From Octopus sinensis (lineage: Eukaryota): a stretch of DNA of 28,697 bases. The notes beneath the pieces were generated by a model. The model was given only the letters and a program-made list of their open reading frames with translations, made no database searches and had not been told where the DNA came from. Where the stretch lies: contig NW_021833529.1 of the NCBI RefSeq assembly GCF_006345805.1, positions 1 to 28,697 on the forward strand, written 5' to 3'. The position numbers were made by a program, and so were the translations under genes. This document shows positions 1 through 10,762 of the stretch, in pieces; the stretch's first letter is position 1; each line of letters opens with the position of its first letter.

Positions 1-700
1 ATTTGTAATGATTTGCATAAAACTTGATTGTATTGAAACAGCTTATCTGGGGTTGTAATGAAACACGACAGCAGTGCCCTAAGGATACAAGTCAGTATTG
101 ATTACAACGAGACAGGGATACTGTAGTAATTGAAATGAGATCTCACTTGTGGCTTTTATTATATAAAACATGCTGACAAAATGAGAAACTCACAAACATC
201 AACGTAGGATCTAATCACAACCACTAGTGGTCCAAAATCTGGGGGGAAATACGTAAGCAGAGGAATCTCCTACATACTGCTCATCAAATGTGATTTTCAT
301 TTGGGTGGCACCTAACTACAAGACCCTTGAGACGAGCGAGCTCAATAAGGTCATGTATGGCTCCAGCTAGTCACCAGCAGATGAAGGAAGTGCATGCTGG
401 TAATTTGATATTAAGCTCCTTGTCTAATGATCGATGTAGGATGGTTAGAGTATCTGCGGATGTAATAGGTTTATTCACTAGATTTATGAGAAAATTTATG
501 TTTCCTTGTGACAAATTTTATAGTATTATCTACGAAATGAACTCCTTGATGAATGCAAGCCCCAAAACTGTTAAGCAACAACTAAAATCTATCGACACCT
601 ACTTCACACGTTCACACATATAGAAATACGCTTAAATTTATGGTTTCAATGTGAGACAAGTATAAAAGTAACACTACGACTTTCTGTAACATATATGCGT

Positions 701-982
701 GCATATATGGTTACAGGACGTCACTAACGGTGCAAGCAACAAGGAATACGTAAACAACGAGTAAAAATGGAAAACCGGACAAGTAACACGTAGAACGAAC
801 CTTCATCAGTTGTCGTCTGTCTATCCACTCCTCATTTCCAGAATTCAACAACAATATGAGTCCTCAAAGACAGTTGCACCCATATTCCTTTTTCTCCCCT
901 TCCTCCTTTCTCTTTATCTCCCCCTGCTTCGTTGCTCACAACGTTATTTGCACCGTTGGTGACGTCTTGTACCCATATATGC
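701..982 (-). mobile_element. Penelope-like (PLE) tail remnant with inverted duplicated tail and a partial hammerhead core
   Basis: 701-735 and 948-982 are inverted repeats (32/35 identical by hand). The minus strand has GACAA-CTGATGA-(20 nt)-TTGTC at 814-778, i.e. a hammerhead 5' core closed by a 5-bp stem, with no GAAA half. The PLE assignment is inferred from this architecture. Confidence 0.4.
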
Positions 983-986
983 ACGT

Positions 987-1259
987 GTGTATATATATAT
1001 ATATATTTATATATATCATATATATACATATACATATATATATTATTTACTATACACACACACACACTCACACATTCAATCTCCTGCATTCGGTTTGAAA
1101 ACACTCAAGTCCTGCATCACTCATGCGATGAGTCATGGCCAAAGTTTCCGTTTCGATAAAGAAGAGCATATCCTCTACAACATATATTGAGCACTCTTTT
1201 TCTATTCATTCCACATTAAACAACGTATCTATGTGTGTGTGTATATATATATATGTATA

Positions 1260-1304
<45 letters not shown>

Positions 1305-2198
1305 ATTAATATGTATATATATACACACACACATTAAGCGACGTATTATATATATTATATATATATATATATATTATATATATAATATATATATGCTTGT
1401 GCGTGTAAGTGTGTATACACAGACATACATATGCATGCACACACATTCATACGTATGTATTTATGTATGCATGTACGCATGTATAAACGTAGGTACGGAT
1501 GTATACAATGACAATTCTATTGCTCGGTGTACATAAAACTAAATGACAATAATTACTGACAATAGCAAAAGACGTTGTCGATGGCAACACATCCCGTTAT
1601 TTATCACACCTGAGTGAGGTAAATAAATAGAGACTGATATTCAATGGTGGCACCAATACCGATATATTATATTTGGTAGGTAAAAAAAAATAGGATAATT
1701 AAGAAATAGATTTGATAATAAATTTAAAATAGGAGTAATCAGATAATGAGGGTAAGGAAGAGGAGGGTGCAACAAGGCAGGAACATATCAACATTTCAGT
1801 TTTTTTCTATTATCTTCTTAGTTGCAGATTATCGAATATTTAACATGATAGATGATACATACATACACACAAACGCACACACACACACGTATATATGTGT
1901 GTGTGTGTGTATGTATTTATGTATGTATGTATGTATATATGTATTATGCACGTATGTGTGTGTGCGTTATGTGTGTGTTTGTGTCCATATTCATATATAT
2001 ACATAAGTTTATATGCAAATATATGCAAGTAAGTATATTACCTGTGTGTATATACATTACATATATATGTGTGTATAGATATACGTCTGTATATGTATAT
2101 ATATATATGTGTGTGTGTGTAGATATATGTCTGTATATGATTTTTGATTTTTTTGATTTTTCCAGTTTCAGCTTATGAGCTGTGGCCATGCTGGGGCA

Positions 2199-2258
<60 letters not shown>

Positions 2259-2285
2259 CATACATACATACATACATACACACAC
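987..2285. repeat. Cluster of (TA)n/(CA)n/(TG)n/(TACA)n microsatellites
   Basis: Tracts visible at about 987-1070, 1233-1470, 1860-2130 and 2201-2285. The YI/HT/CV-rich ORFs here are repeat translations. Confidence 0.95.
2160..2200 (-). mobile_element. SINE 3' tail fragment
   Basis: The reverse complement GGTGCCCCAGCATGGCCACAGCTCATAAGCTGAAAC matches the 3' tail of the SINE copies at about 4005-4045 and 5515-5549 (GGTGCTCCAGCATGGCCGCAGTC...TGAAAC). Confidence 0.7.
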
Positions 2286-2299
2286 ATGTTTGATTTCCA

Positions 2300-2875
2300 G
2301 ATATTTGTGAAAAAAAATCTAAGTTTTTTTTTAATTTATGGAAAACAGAAGCATTTATAGCAGATACATACGTATTTATAGAATTAGGTGAATATATTCT
2401 TACAGACACAAAGGCGCCATCTTCTTCTATTGCTGCCTCCGTACAGCTTCCGAAACGAATAAATGTGCTAATCAGATGGTCTTCATTCGTATCGCCCATA
2501 CGTCCTCAACAGTAGACAACATTTACTCCTTGGCATTGCGAGATTATTTGTTGGTTTCCCTCAAAAGGACATCCCAGATGTAATGGACAGGAGGGTTTAA
2601 ACTAGGAGAACTAGGAAGCCAAATATTATGGTTAACGTAATCATGATAATGTTCTGCCATCTTGGAACATGTAGCCTGTGTGAGAGGGAGCAGAATCATG
2701 CTGGAAGACACGTTGGTACCTCGAACAAATCTGTCGATCCAGGGTTTGACAACCGTCCTCATTCTTTTGACGTAGGCTGTTGCCTTGACTCTAAGACCAT
2801 GAGGGCAAAACTGAGGAGGCTGTGACATAGCCCTCGCTCCACACAACATCAAAGACCATCACAAACGATGGGAAC
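2300..2875 (-). mobile_element. Tc1/mariner (probably maT/DD37D-type) transposase remnant, C-terminal half
   Basis: Minus-strand peptides FPSFVMVFDVVWSEG, PHGLRVKATAYVKRMRTVVKPWID, VFQHDSAPSH, IWLPSSPSLNP..YIWDVLLRETNK and NEDHLISTFIRFGSCTEAAIEEDG fit a DDD catalytic domain and C-terminus, with frameshifts. No TIR recognised. Confidence 0.85.
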
Positions 2876-3389
2876 TTGGTGTGCATAACACCAAGAGTTT
2901 TTCCCACGAGAGTTCCGGACCCCATCAATGAACTTATTTGCATACAGCCAATCAGAGCTCACCTTGATTTTGTTTTCAAGTTAATGAACACATCTTACCA
3001 AATAAACTAAGGACGAAGAACGGTGTTGTACGTCGACCGATCGCCAAATTATGCCTGATTTTAGGAGACATATAGATAGGTTTAAATCTGTACCTACTAT
3101 CGGATTTTGTTAGGGCCCCATATGGTAAAGTTGTGGATGGGAAAAATATGGCTAGAGAGTGATGTGCCAGCAACCCTCTCTCCTTACTGTTTTACAAAGT
3201 AAACAACAACAACACAAATAACTATAGAGAGGCAGCCATAGTTGAAACAAGAACAAGCATTATTAACGTAAGTGACCTTTTCTTATCGCCCATCACTTGT
3301 TATGCGCTCATAAAATAGTTTGATACTCGAGCTCTGATTGGCTGTATGCAAATGAGTTTATAACTGGGGTCCGGAACTGTCGTGAGGAA
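2875..3389. repeat. Unclassified element with ~60-bp inverted repeats (2901-2960 / 3329-3389) carrying octamer and CCAAT motifs
   Basis: ATTTGCATACAGCCAATCAGAGCTC (2936-2960) is a perfect 25/25 reverse complement of 3329-3353, and the arms extend imperfectly outward to about 60 bp. An 8-bp hairpin CTTGGTGT-gcata-ACACCAAG sits at 2875-2895. Confidence 0.75.
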
Positions 3390-3656
3390 AAAAATTTCGC
3401 GCCCGGTATTACCTGGAGAAACTTCACTTTTCTTATTACATCTAAACATCGAGAACGTTTTTCTGTTTTTTTTGGCCACGGAAGATGCACTCGCGCCAGA
3501 GGCCAGAAGTTCTTTTCTGATCTTAAAAGTTTCAGAATCATTTTGGTCGGTAGTGCTTAGGCGTTAGATTCAAAGCTGCTTCCACGCTGGGGACGAAAAA
3601 AGAGAGGAGCAGTTAAAGCTTGGGCAGTGATGTTAAACTATTAAGCTATATATATA

Positions 3657-3818
3657 GGCGCAGGAGTGGCTATGTGGTAAGTAGCTTGCTTACCAGCCAC
3701 ATGGTTCCGGGTTCAGTCCCACTACGTGGCACCTTGGGCAAGTGTCTTCTACTACAGCCTCGGGCCGACCAAAGCCTTGTGAGTGGATTTGGTAGACGGA
3801 AACTGAAAGAAGCCCGTC

Positions 3819-3881
<63 letters not shown>

Positions 3882-4063
3882 TAGCATTGCTTGACAACCG
3901 ATGCTGGGGTGTTTATGTCCCCGTCACCTATCGGCAGAAAAGACCGATAGAATAAGTACTGGGCTTACAAAGAATAAGTCCCGGGGTCGAGTTGATCGAT
4001 TAAAGGTGGTACTCCAGCATGACCGCAGTCAAATGATTGAAACAAGTACAAGAGTAAAGAGTA
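3657..4063 (+). mobile_element. Full-length tRNA-derived SINE (CORE-SINE-like, octopus OR-type) with internal (TA)n/(TG)n
   Basis: A-box-like TGGCTATGTGGT, B-box-like GGGTTCAGTCCC, CORE-like ACCTTGGGCAAGTG, central microsatellite, 3' part ...GATAGAATAAGTAC...CCAGCATGACCGCAGTC and an (AGAGTAA)-type tail. The 3' half recurs at 5381-5549 and 14775-14980. Confidence 0.9.
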
Positions 4064-4554
4064 TATACATACATACGTACGTGTGTGTGCGTGTGTGCGT
4101 GTGTGTGTATGTGTGTATTTTGCGGTTTTTGTACGCGGGGTTACTGGCCATTTGCAAACCCATTCTTACTTCTGTGAAGAGATGATTCATATCAGTTTGG
4201 CTTTAACACTTTAACCTGTATAATATGAGAGACCCTATGTGAGGACAATGCACTCTGCAAGCGTAATGCTCAGTGACAATGACGCCCACACGCCATCACA
4301 GCGCAACAAGGAGCCAACCTTACGATGATGTTAAGTTCCCTAGAAATTGTTTTAGGTTCTTGTATTGGACATTTCCTGGGAGAATACAAAGATGATTTCC
4401 TTGTATTAAAAATAAATAAAAACCAATTGTGTCAGCTAAATATGCAGATGCTTATTACACGTGTCTGATTACTCAGAGTAAAAACTGGATCAAAAGCATT
4501 TTAACCAAGACATATTGGTCCCTCTGGTTATGCTCTGGATAAGACTTTAAACCG

Positions 4555-4820
4555 CATCGGTAGTGAGGCCCAGGTATGGGAGTTCCAGGGTTTTGAGGTG
4601 AGAGGAACCACATCTTAGCCACTGCTTCCCATGTATACTTTCACCTGGAGTAATAGCACCTGTAAGTGTTTCAGCTATGGGTTAACTTACTTTGCCTTCT
4701 GAAACGTTAGGACCAACCGTCGGATGTGGCCAACATTCGTCAGGGACATGATGAGCTCCTTATTCGGAGCCTCCTCAACCCACCGAGGCGAATGTCATCG
4801 CAACTACAAATAGAATGGCC
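4555..4820 (+). mobile_element. Decayed interspersed repeat followed by a possible LINE C-terminal fragment
   Basis: 4555-4690 resembles, from recall only, an abundant octopus repeat (GGTAGTGAGGC.CCAG...CTGGAGT..TAGCACCTG). 4705-4820 translates with a frameshift to RMWPTFVRDMM...PTEANVIATTNRMA, which is reminiscent of LINE ORF2 C-termini. Confidence 0.3.
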
Positions 4821-4954
4821 TTTTATACAAGGGAGATAATCGTCCCCTTACAGCACAAAGGGGAAATTAAAATGAAGGTGTATGAACAAGAGAATGCACA
4901 ATTTTTTTAAAATAAATGAAATATATGACCGCTTTTCCTTTTTTCTTATCCACT

Positions 4955-5050
4955 GCAATGACCAATTATGACTCCCTGGGTGTCTTTATTTTACAGAACC
5001 GAGAAGGAAGAAAGGTAAAGTTGAACTCAGAATGTAAAGAACCGGAACAA
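4955..5050 (-). mobile_element. Decayed copy of SINE family 2
   Basis: GAAGGAAGAAAGGTAAAGTTGAACTCAGAATGTAAAGA aligns with GAAA.ATGAAAGGCAAAGTCGAC...TTTGAACTCAGAA at 11140-11185. Confidence 0.55.
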
Positions 5051-5089
5051 GTTACATTTTGTTTTTCTAACTTTCTCTCGCTCACCTCT

Positions 5090-5111
5090 CTTTCTTTCTT
5101 TCCCTCTCTTT

Positions 5112-5147
<36 letters not shown>

Positions 5148-5370
5148 GCTCTCATTCTAGTTTACTTCCTATTCCGTGCATTTTTCCTTGCTCTCCTCAT
5201 CATCATCATTGCTCTCCTTCTTTCTAACTCTCTCTCTCTTCTACCTCAGTCTCTCTTGTTCGCGGCCTTCTCTTTGCTCTCCCGCTCCTCTAGCTCTCGT
5301 TGCTCTCTATTTTTCGTTCTAGCCCATTCTAACACTTCCTTTCTAGTTCTCTCTCTCTCTCTCTCTGTTT
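5090..5370. repeat. (CT)n and pyrimidine-rich low-complexity tract
   Basis: Direct inspection. Confidence 0.9.
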
Positions 5371-5380
5371 TACCACCAGT

Positions 5381-5549
5381 CATCACGTGACACATGATGT
5401 TGGGGTGTTTACGTCCCCGTTACCTAACTTTTTGGCAAAAGCGATCGATAGAATAAGAACCAGGCTTAAAAGACAAATACTGCAGTCGAGTCATTCGACG
5501 AAAAGTTCAATACGGTGCTCCAGCATGGCCGCAGTCAAATGAGTGAAAC
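5381..5549 (+). mobile_element. SINE 3' half (same family as 3657-4063)
   Basis: GGTGTTTACGTCCCCGT..., GATAGAATAAG...GGCTTA and GGTGCTCCAGCATGGCCGCAGTCAAATGA.TGAAAC align to 3905-4045. Confidence 0.85.
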
Positions 5550-5574
5550 GGGTAGGAGGTATATAGAAGCGTAC

Positions 5575-6525
5575 ATAGACACGCCGACAGAGGGACCCAG
5601 ACATACATACATCCATACAGACAGACATACATACAGACAGACAGACAGACAAGCAGACAGACAGACAAGCAGACAGACAAGCAGGCAGCTATATCGAGCG
5701 ATAGATTGATAAACAGATAGATAAACAGAGATACCTAAATCCATACATACATGCCCATACACACACACAAACACACACACAAACATTTATACAGATAGTT
5801 GCATAGATAAACAAGATTTCAATGTCGACTTGTGCTGTTGTATTGAGTTAGGAAATGACTGCAGTATTATGCAGTCGGGGGATTTTAAATCAACTTCTTC
5901 TCTTCGTCTACATACTGACACATGAGAGACGGCTCCGTGTGTTTGCCTCTGTGTCTGTGTGTATGTATGTGTGTGTGCGCGCGTGAGCCTAAGTAAGTCT
6001 TGTGTTAGGATTTGATTGTGGCTATATGATGTTATGTGTCTGTACGTGTGTCTGTGTCCGTACATTATTTATTCTATGTTTACTGCTGTTTTGGCGATGT
6101 TCCACGGCCTTTACCGGCATATTATCTTGGTAGAACTAAACATAAATACATACAAATACACGCACACACACACACACAAACACACACACAAACACACACA
6201 ACACACACATATATATATATATATATATTCGTATATATATATATATATATATATATCCTCATATATAAACAAGCATAGATGCGCAGTTGCATTCGTATGT
6301 GTGTGTGTGCACGTATATTTGCATACACATATATAGATAAATCATTTTATGCCTATTTTCACACATAAATTCGTACATAATTTCGTGCAGATATTAATAT
6401 ATCCATCCATATTTCCACTTCCACACATACAAACATAAACTCACGCGTGCACACCAATATGCAAGCGGCAATGAGAAGATAAGTGTAAATGCATTATTCT
6501 ATAGATTTGTTTAAGAATTACGAAG

Positions 6526-6565
<40 letters not shown>
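5575..6565. repeat. Compound (GACA)n/(GATA)n/(CA)n/(TA)n microsatellite region
   Basis: Tracts at about 5580-5790, 5950-5980, 6140-6330 and 6525-6565. Confidence 0.9.
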
Positions 6566-6570
<5 letters not shown>

Positions 6571-8423
6571 TGAGAATGTGTGTCTGTCTGTGTGTTTCCC
6601 TAAAACTTGAGAACTCACAACCAATTACATTCAAATTTTACACATGCCTTACGTAAGGTCTGGGGAGTGTCATCGGCAAAAAAATTTAACTTTTTCCCAA
6701 GGGCGACCCCACAGCAATATCATATCTTCACTATTTCAGTATTACGTGTTAAAAGTGAAACAAAAATATCTCTCTATTGTAATGCAGACATTCACTTTAA
6801 TATTAAAACTATTAAATTGAAAGTATTATAGCACAGGGATGAACCATTAACAGTGGTCATCCATTTTGCTAGAAGATCCGCTATGGTCTTATATGCTACA
6901 CCACTGGTTTTCAATTCATATTAATCAAATTAATATTCAATTTTTCACCCTTATTATGTGTGTGTGTGTATTAGCAATTTGTATAAAATTGCATCAATGA
7001 CTTGAACTTGAATAAGTGGTTTCACATAAATGGGGATAAATTAAAAAGGTTTGTTGTTATTATTATTAATGTTTGACTATTTTAATCACATTTGTTGGTT
7101 CCTCGTCAGGGAAACGTTGTTGTGTTCCATTTGTTAAATAATTGTAAACCGTAACCCTCCCCCTTTCGGAGAAGGGGCTTTGGTTATTGTTTAAAAATTT
7201 AATTGTGTCCCTGTTTGGGGAAATTGACAATAATTTTCACCGTCTTTACGGAAGCATTTTTATTAAAATGCCTTCGATAGAATGAAGTCCAAAAATTAAT
7301 TTCGCTGCAGCCGTACACTTCTATACAAGAGGGAGGACAAGATCCAATTGATCGAAATTGCAAGAGACGGGCCTACAATTCCAGTCTGTTATATATTTTT
7401 AGTATTGTTATCACTAGCGATATCAAGATATAACTTGGACTCCACCTGTACTTGCTTGCAATGATTCATGAGGATTTTACGAAAAACTTTCCAGATTCAT
7501 GAGGATTTCTTTAATTCTTGTGGGGTTGGGTTGGGTTGGGTTGGGTTAATTTCCATTATATATTGAGAACTATAGCGCGAAGGCAGCATATAAAACAACC
7601 CTTCCTCAATTGTTGGCAGATTTACCTACTCCGCATTGCGAGCAATGCAACAAGCTGCGTCTTCATCAAAGCAATTGCTCCCCCAAAGCAAATTTATTAA
7701 AACTTGAGATACGTGGAACGTCAAAGCTGCTAGCAAAAACAAGACAGGGAAAACATTCTGTAAGGGCTGTTTAACCCTAAGGAGGTGAAGTGGTGAACGC
7801 TGGAGAAAAAAGCTTTGTCAAGAGACAGACAAGAATGCGTGTTATAGTTATAAACTGAACGAGAAGAAAAAGAATTACATTTCGAAATAGAGACCTATAA
7901 TTATTGAAGACAGAATGTGAGTTAGAAATAGAGAACTATAAATATTGTATTATTCATAAAGTGGTGGCTTACATTCGGGGCTTCCAATTTCTCTGTCAAA
8001 TATAAGATAGTCGCAAAATCATCGCACATGTCACCATCGATTACAAACACCGGTGGGAGATAAAAGTTCCAGAGGACATTCTTGTTCTTTCGTTTGTACA
8101 AGGATCATATTATGTTTCGGCTTAAAATAAATTATAGATACAAATATAATGTATAGAAATATATAAAAACCAGAATAGAAAATAAACGTCTTAGGCATAT
8201 AAAATGAGATAACATGAGATATCAAGGTGTTATAAACTTGAAACCTACTAGAATATCATAGATTATATATATCAAGTCATCCAATCAGTTCTGTCCAATT
8301 TTACCCTTTTTTTTACATTTGAATGAAATTTAATAGTATTTTCAAATGCCCAATCCAATTAAAAATTATTTTTATGCATTTGTGTACGTTTAAACTAATT
8401 CAATATTGTTTTACAAAATAATA

Positions 8424-9752
8424 GAGGGTCTCCACAAAGTCTGCGTACATGGGGATTAACACATACTTTTAAAACAAACCAATTTTATTTAATTATAATG
8501 TTAACAAATAATATTTTCAAAGTGATTTCCAACATTTTTCAATGCATAACTTGATGCGCCTTGCACAATTTAGGTGAACTTGATTAAATAAGTCTACATT
8601 GCCATCAATTTCAGCACACTGACTGGTAATGCGTTCTCTCATGTGTTTTAAATCTGTAATCTTTATTGTAATCTTTCTCTTTCAACATACCCCAGAAAAA
8701 GAAATCAAGGAGAGAAAGGTCTGGTGAACGAGGGGACCTTTCCATATGAGCCCTTCTTCCAATCCAGTGAGGAAAAGTGTCATTAAGCCAATCTCTAACA
8801 GTTGTGGCAAAATGGGTAGGGGCCCCATCCTGCTGAAACCAGTTCGGAAGGCCCTCGCCTAGGCGCTCAATTTGAGATATTAATTTGTCTCTCAATATGT
8901 TTACATAAGTCTCATCCGTTACATGTTCAATGAAGAAGGATCCTAGAACATGAGCTTTCCACAAACAACACCACACCATCACCTTTTTGCTGCCTTGCTG
9001 TTTGGATGGATCCATCCAATGTGGATTACTTCGAGACCAGTATAGAAGATTCTGTCTGTTGACCTCCCCATTTACATAAAACGTAGCTTTGTCACTGAAC
9101 AACAAAGTTTTTCGTAAAATTGATATTTTCATCCAATTTATTTGAAAACCATTCGTACCTCTACTTTCGTCTATCAGGGTCGTCTTCATTTAAGTGATGC
9201 AACATCTGTAAGTTGTATTGATGAAACTTTTCCTCAACCAGCATTTTGTGGATGGTTGGTTTTGGAACACCTAACACCATGGATGTCCGACGAAGTGATT
9301 TCTTTGGGCTAGCAGAAACTTTAACCATGACAGCCTCTTTCGTTTAATCTGAAGTCTTTGGTCGCCCGGAACGGGGTTTATCCAAAACACTGCCTCTTTC
9401 TTTAAATGTCTTGATCAATTTCCCGACGGCAGTAAAATAAATAGGTTGCTTATAAGGGTGTCGAAGATTAAATTCTTCCGCAATTTTGCGATAAGACCAT
9501 CCCTCTCGTCCACTTAATTATACTAACTAGATTCTTTCTTCTTTAGACAGATCCATGATTCGATCTGGGATTCTTTCTTCTTTAGACATAGTCATCATTC
9601 AATCATCTGTAGAAAAAATAACAAATATATTTAGAAAAGTAAAGTATTTTATAAATTTAATTTAAACAAAAGTAAAAAGGGAAAATTATCATTTCTTATA
9701 TTTGTTTATGTTATGATTTTATTCCATGTACCCAGACTTCGTGGACACCCTA
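8424..9752 (-). mobile_element. Tc1/mariner rosa/VS-type (DD40-41D) element, full length, decayed
   Basis: 29-bp TIRs: GAGGGTCTCCACAAAGTCTGCGTACATGG (8424-8452, preceded by TA) and CCATGTACCCAGACTTCGTGGACACCCTA (9724-9752). The transposase lies between them on the minus strand. Confidence 0.9.
8510..9589 (-). pseudogene. DD40D transposase pseudogene
   Basis: N-terminus MSKEERI..GWSYRKIAEEFN...KERGSVLDKPRSGRPK, then FSDKATFYVNGEVNRQN, WFQQDGAPTH and SPRSPDLSLLDFFFWGMLK. I count 40 residues between the 2nd and 3rd Asp. Several stops and frameshifts. Confidence 0.9.
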
Positions 9753-9780
9753 AAATTGCTTTGATTAAAACGCTTTCAAC

Positions 9781-10762
9781 ATGGAAGTATCCAAGGAACA
9801 TTTAAGGCACATATAATTCTTTATGAGTACAATAAAGGTAACTATGCAGCCGAAGTGACTCAAAACATACACTCAGTTTATGGGAAAGTGCTTGAATGAA
9901 AGAACTTGCAGGAGATCGTTTGCAAAATTGAAAACGAAGATCGAATAGGATGTCCAGTTGAGTTTGATGATAAGCTCCTTGAGGCATTACTCGAAGAAAA
10001 TCCATCATTATCAGTTGAAGAATTGGCAATAAAGCTTACTTCAAACCATACAACAGTTCATCGTCATCTTCAACAACGTGGAAAGATTCCTAAACTTGGA
10101 AAATAGGTGCCTCATGTATTGTCCGAAAGCAACCTGAGTTGACATCTGCTTTTCTCTCCATTCTCGCAAACTCATTTTTCGATAGACTTGTGACGAAAAA
10201 TGGATTTTCTATCGAAATGTTAAACGTCGTAAACAGTGGCTTGGTAAAAGGGAAAATGCTCAACCACAACCGAGAAGGGAACTTCATGAGAAAAAAGTTC
10301 TACTCTATCTGGTGCGATTGCAAAGGCGTAATTCACTTTATATTGTTACCACCTAATGCAACAATCAATGTTCAAGTCTACTGTCAACAATTAGAGCGTT
10401 TGAACCAAGCTTTGAAGGAAAAAAGAGCCGCTTTAGTGAGTCGAAAACGAGCGATGTTTCATCAGGACAATGCGCAACCCCACACTGCAAAGATCACATC
10501 ACAGAAGATGGAAGAGGTCGGTTTGGAAAAATGTCTTCATCCAACTTATTCTCTCGACCTTACTCCTTCAGGATACTATTTGATTCATAGTTTACAGAAT
10601 TATTAGGGGGACACAACTTTCGCAAGCCAGGAGGAGGTCGAACCTGACATTTCAGAGTTCTTCGCTTTGATACCAAAAGAGTTTTACGTTGATGGGATTA
10701 AAAAGCTTGTAAATAGATGGAAGTAAGTCATAGATAATCAAGGAAAGTACATTGATGATTAA
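9781..10762 (+). pseudogene. mariner DD34D transposase pseudogene
   Basis: MEVSKEHLRH..., VELAIKL...VHRHL (HTH region), (W)VPHVLSE, FHQDNAQPH and HPTYSLDLTPSGYYL (YSPDLAPSD motif; 34 residues after the 2nd Asp, with the 3rd Asp read as Gly), ending GKYIDD*. Contains frameshifts and a short N-terminal deletion. Confidence 0.9.

Noticed and set aside
1-660. Protein-like minus-strand frame (GNINFLINLVNKPITSADTLTILHRSLDKEL…AIHDLIELARLKGL) and a FPPRFW-TTSGC motif faintly like a MULE C-terminus; plus-strand 98-aa ORF 327-623
   Set aside because: Multiple stops, motifs in different frames, and no family I can identify with confidence. It needs a translated homology search.
4985-5020. Apparent 18-nt microexon (TTTTACAG|AACCGAGAAGGAAGAAAG|GTAAAG)
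   Set aside because: The sequence lies within a decayed minus-strand SINE family 2 copy, so the splice-like signals are explained by the repeat.
7085-7120. CTGACGA on the minus strand (hammerhead 5' core)
   Set aside because: No GAAA, stem II or stem I partner could be assembled, and a 7-mer match is expected by chance.
7155-7185. CCCCTT/AAGGGG hairpin followed by T-rich sequence resembling an intrinsic terminator
   Set aside because: The context is eukaryotic with no upstream gene, and the short stem is unremarkable.
6525-7400. Possible second non-autonomous Helitron starting at (TA)n-AAACTGAGAATGTGTG
   Set aside because: No TC 5' end and no convincing hairpin+CTRR 3' end were found. The resemblance is from recall only.
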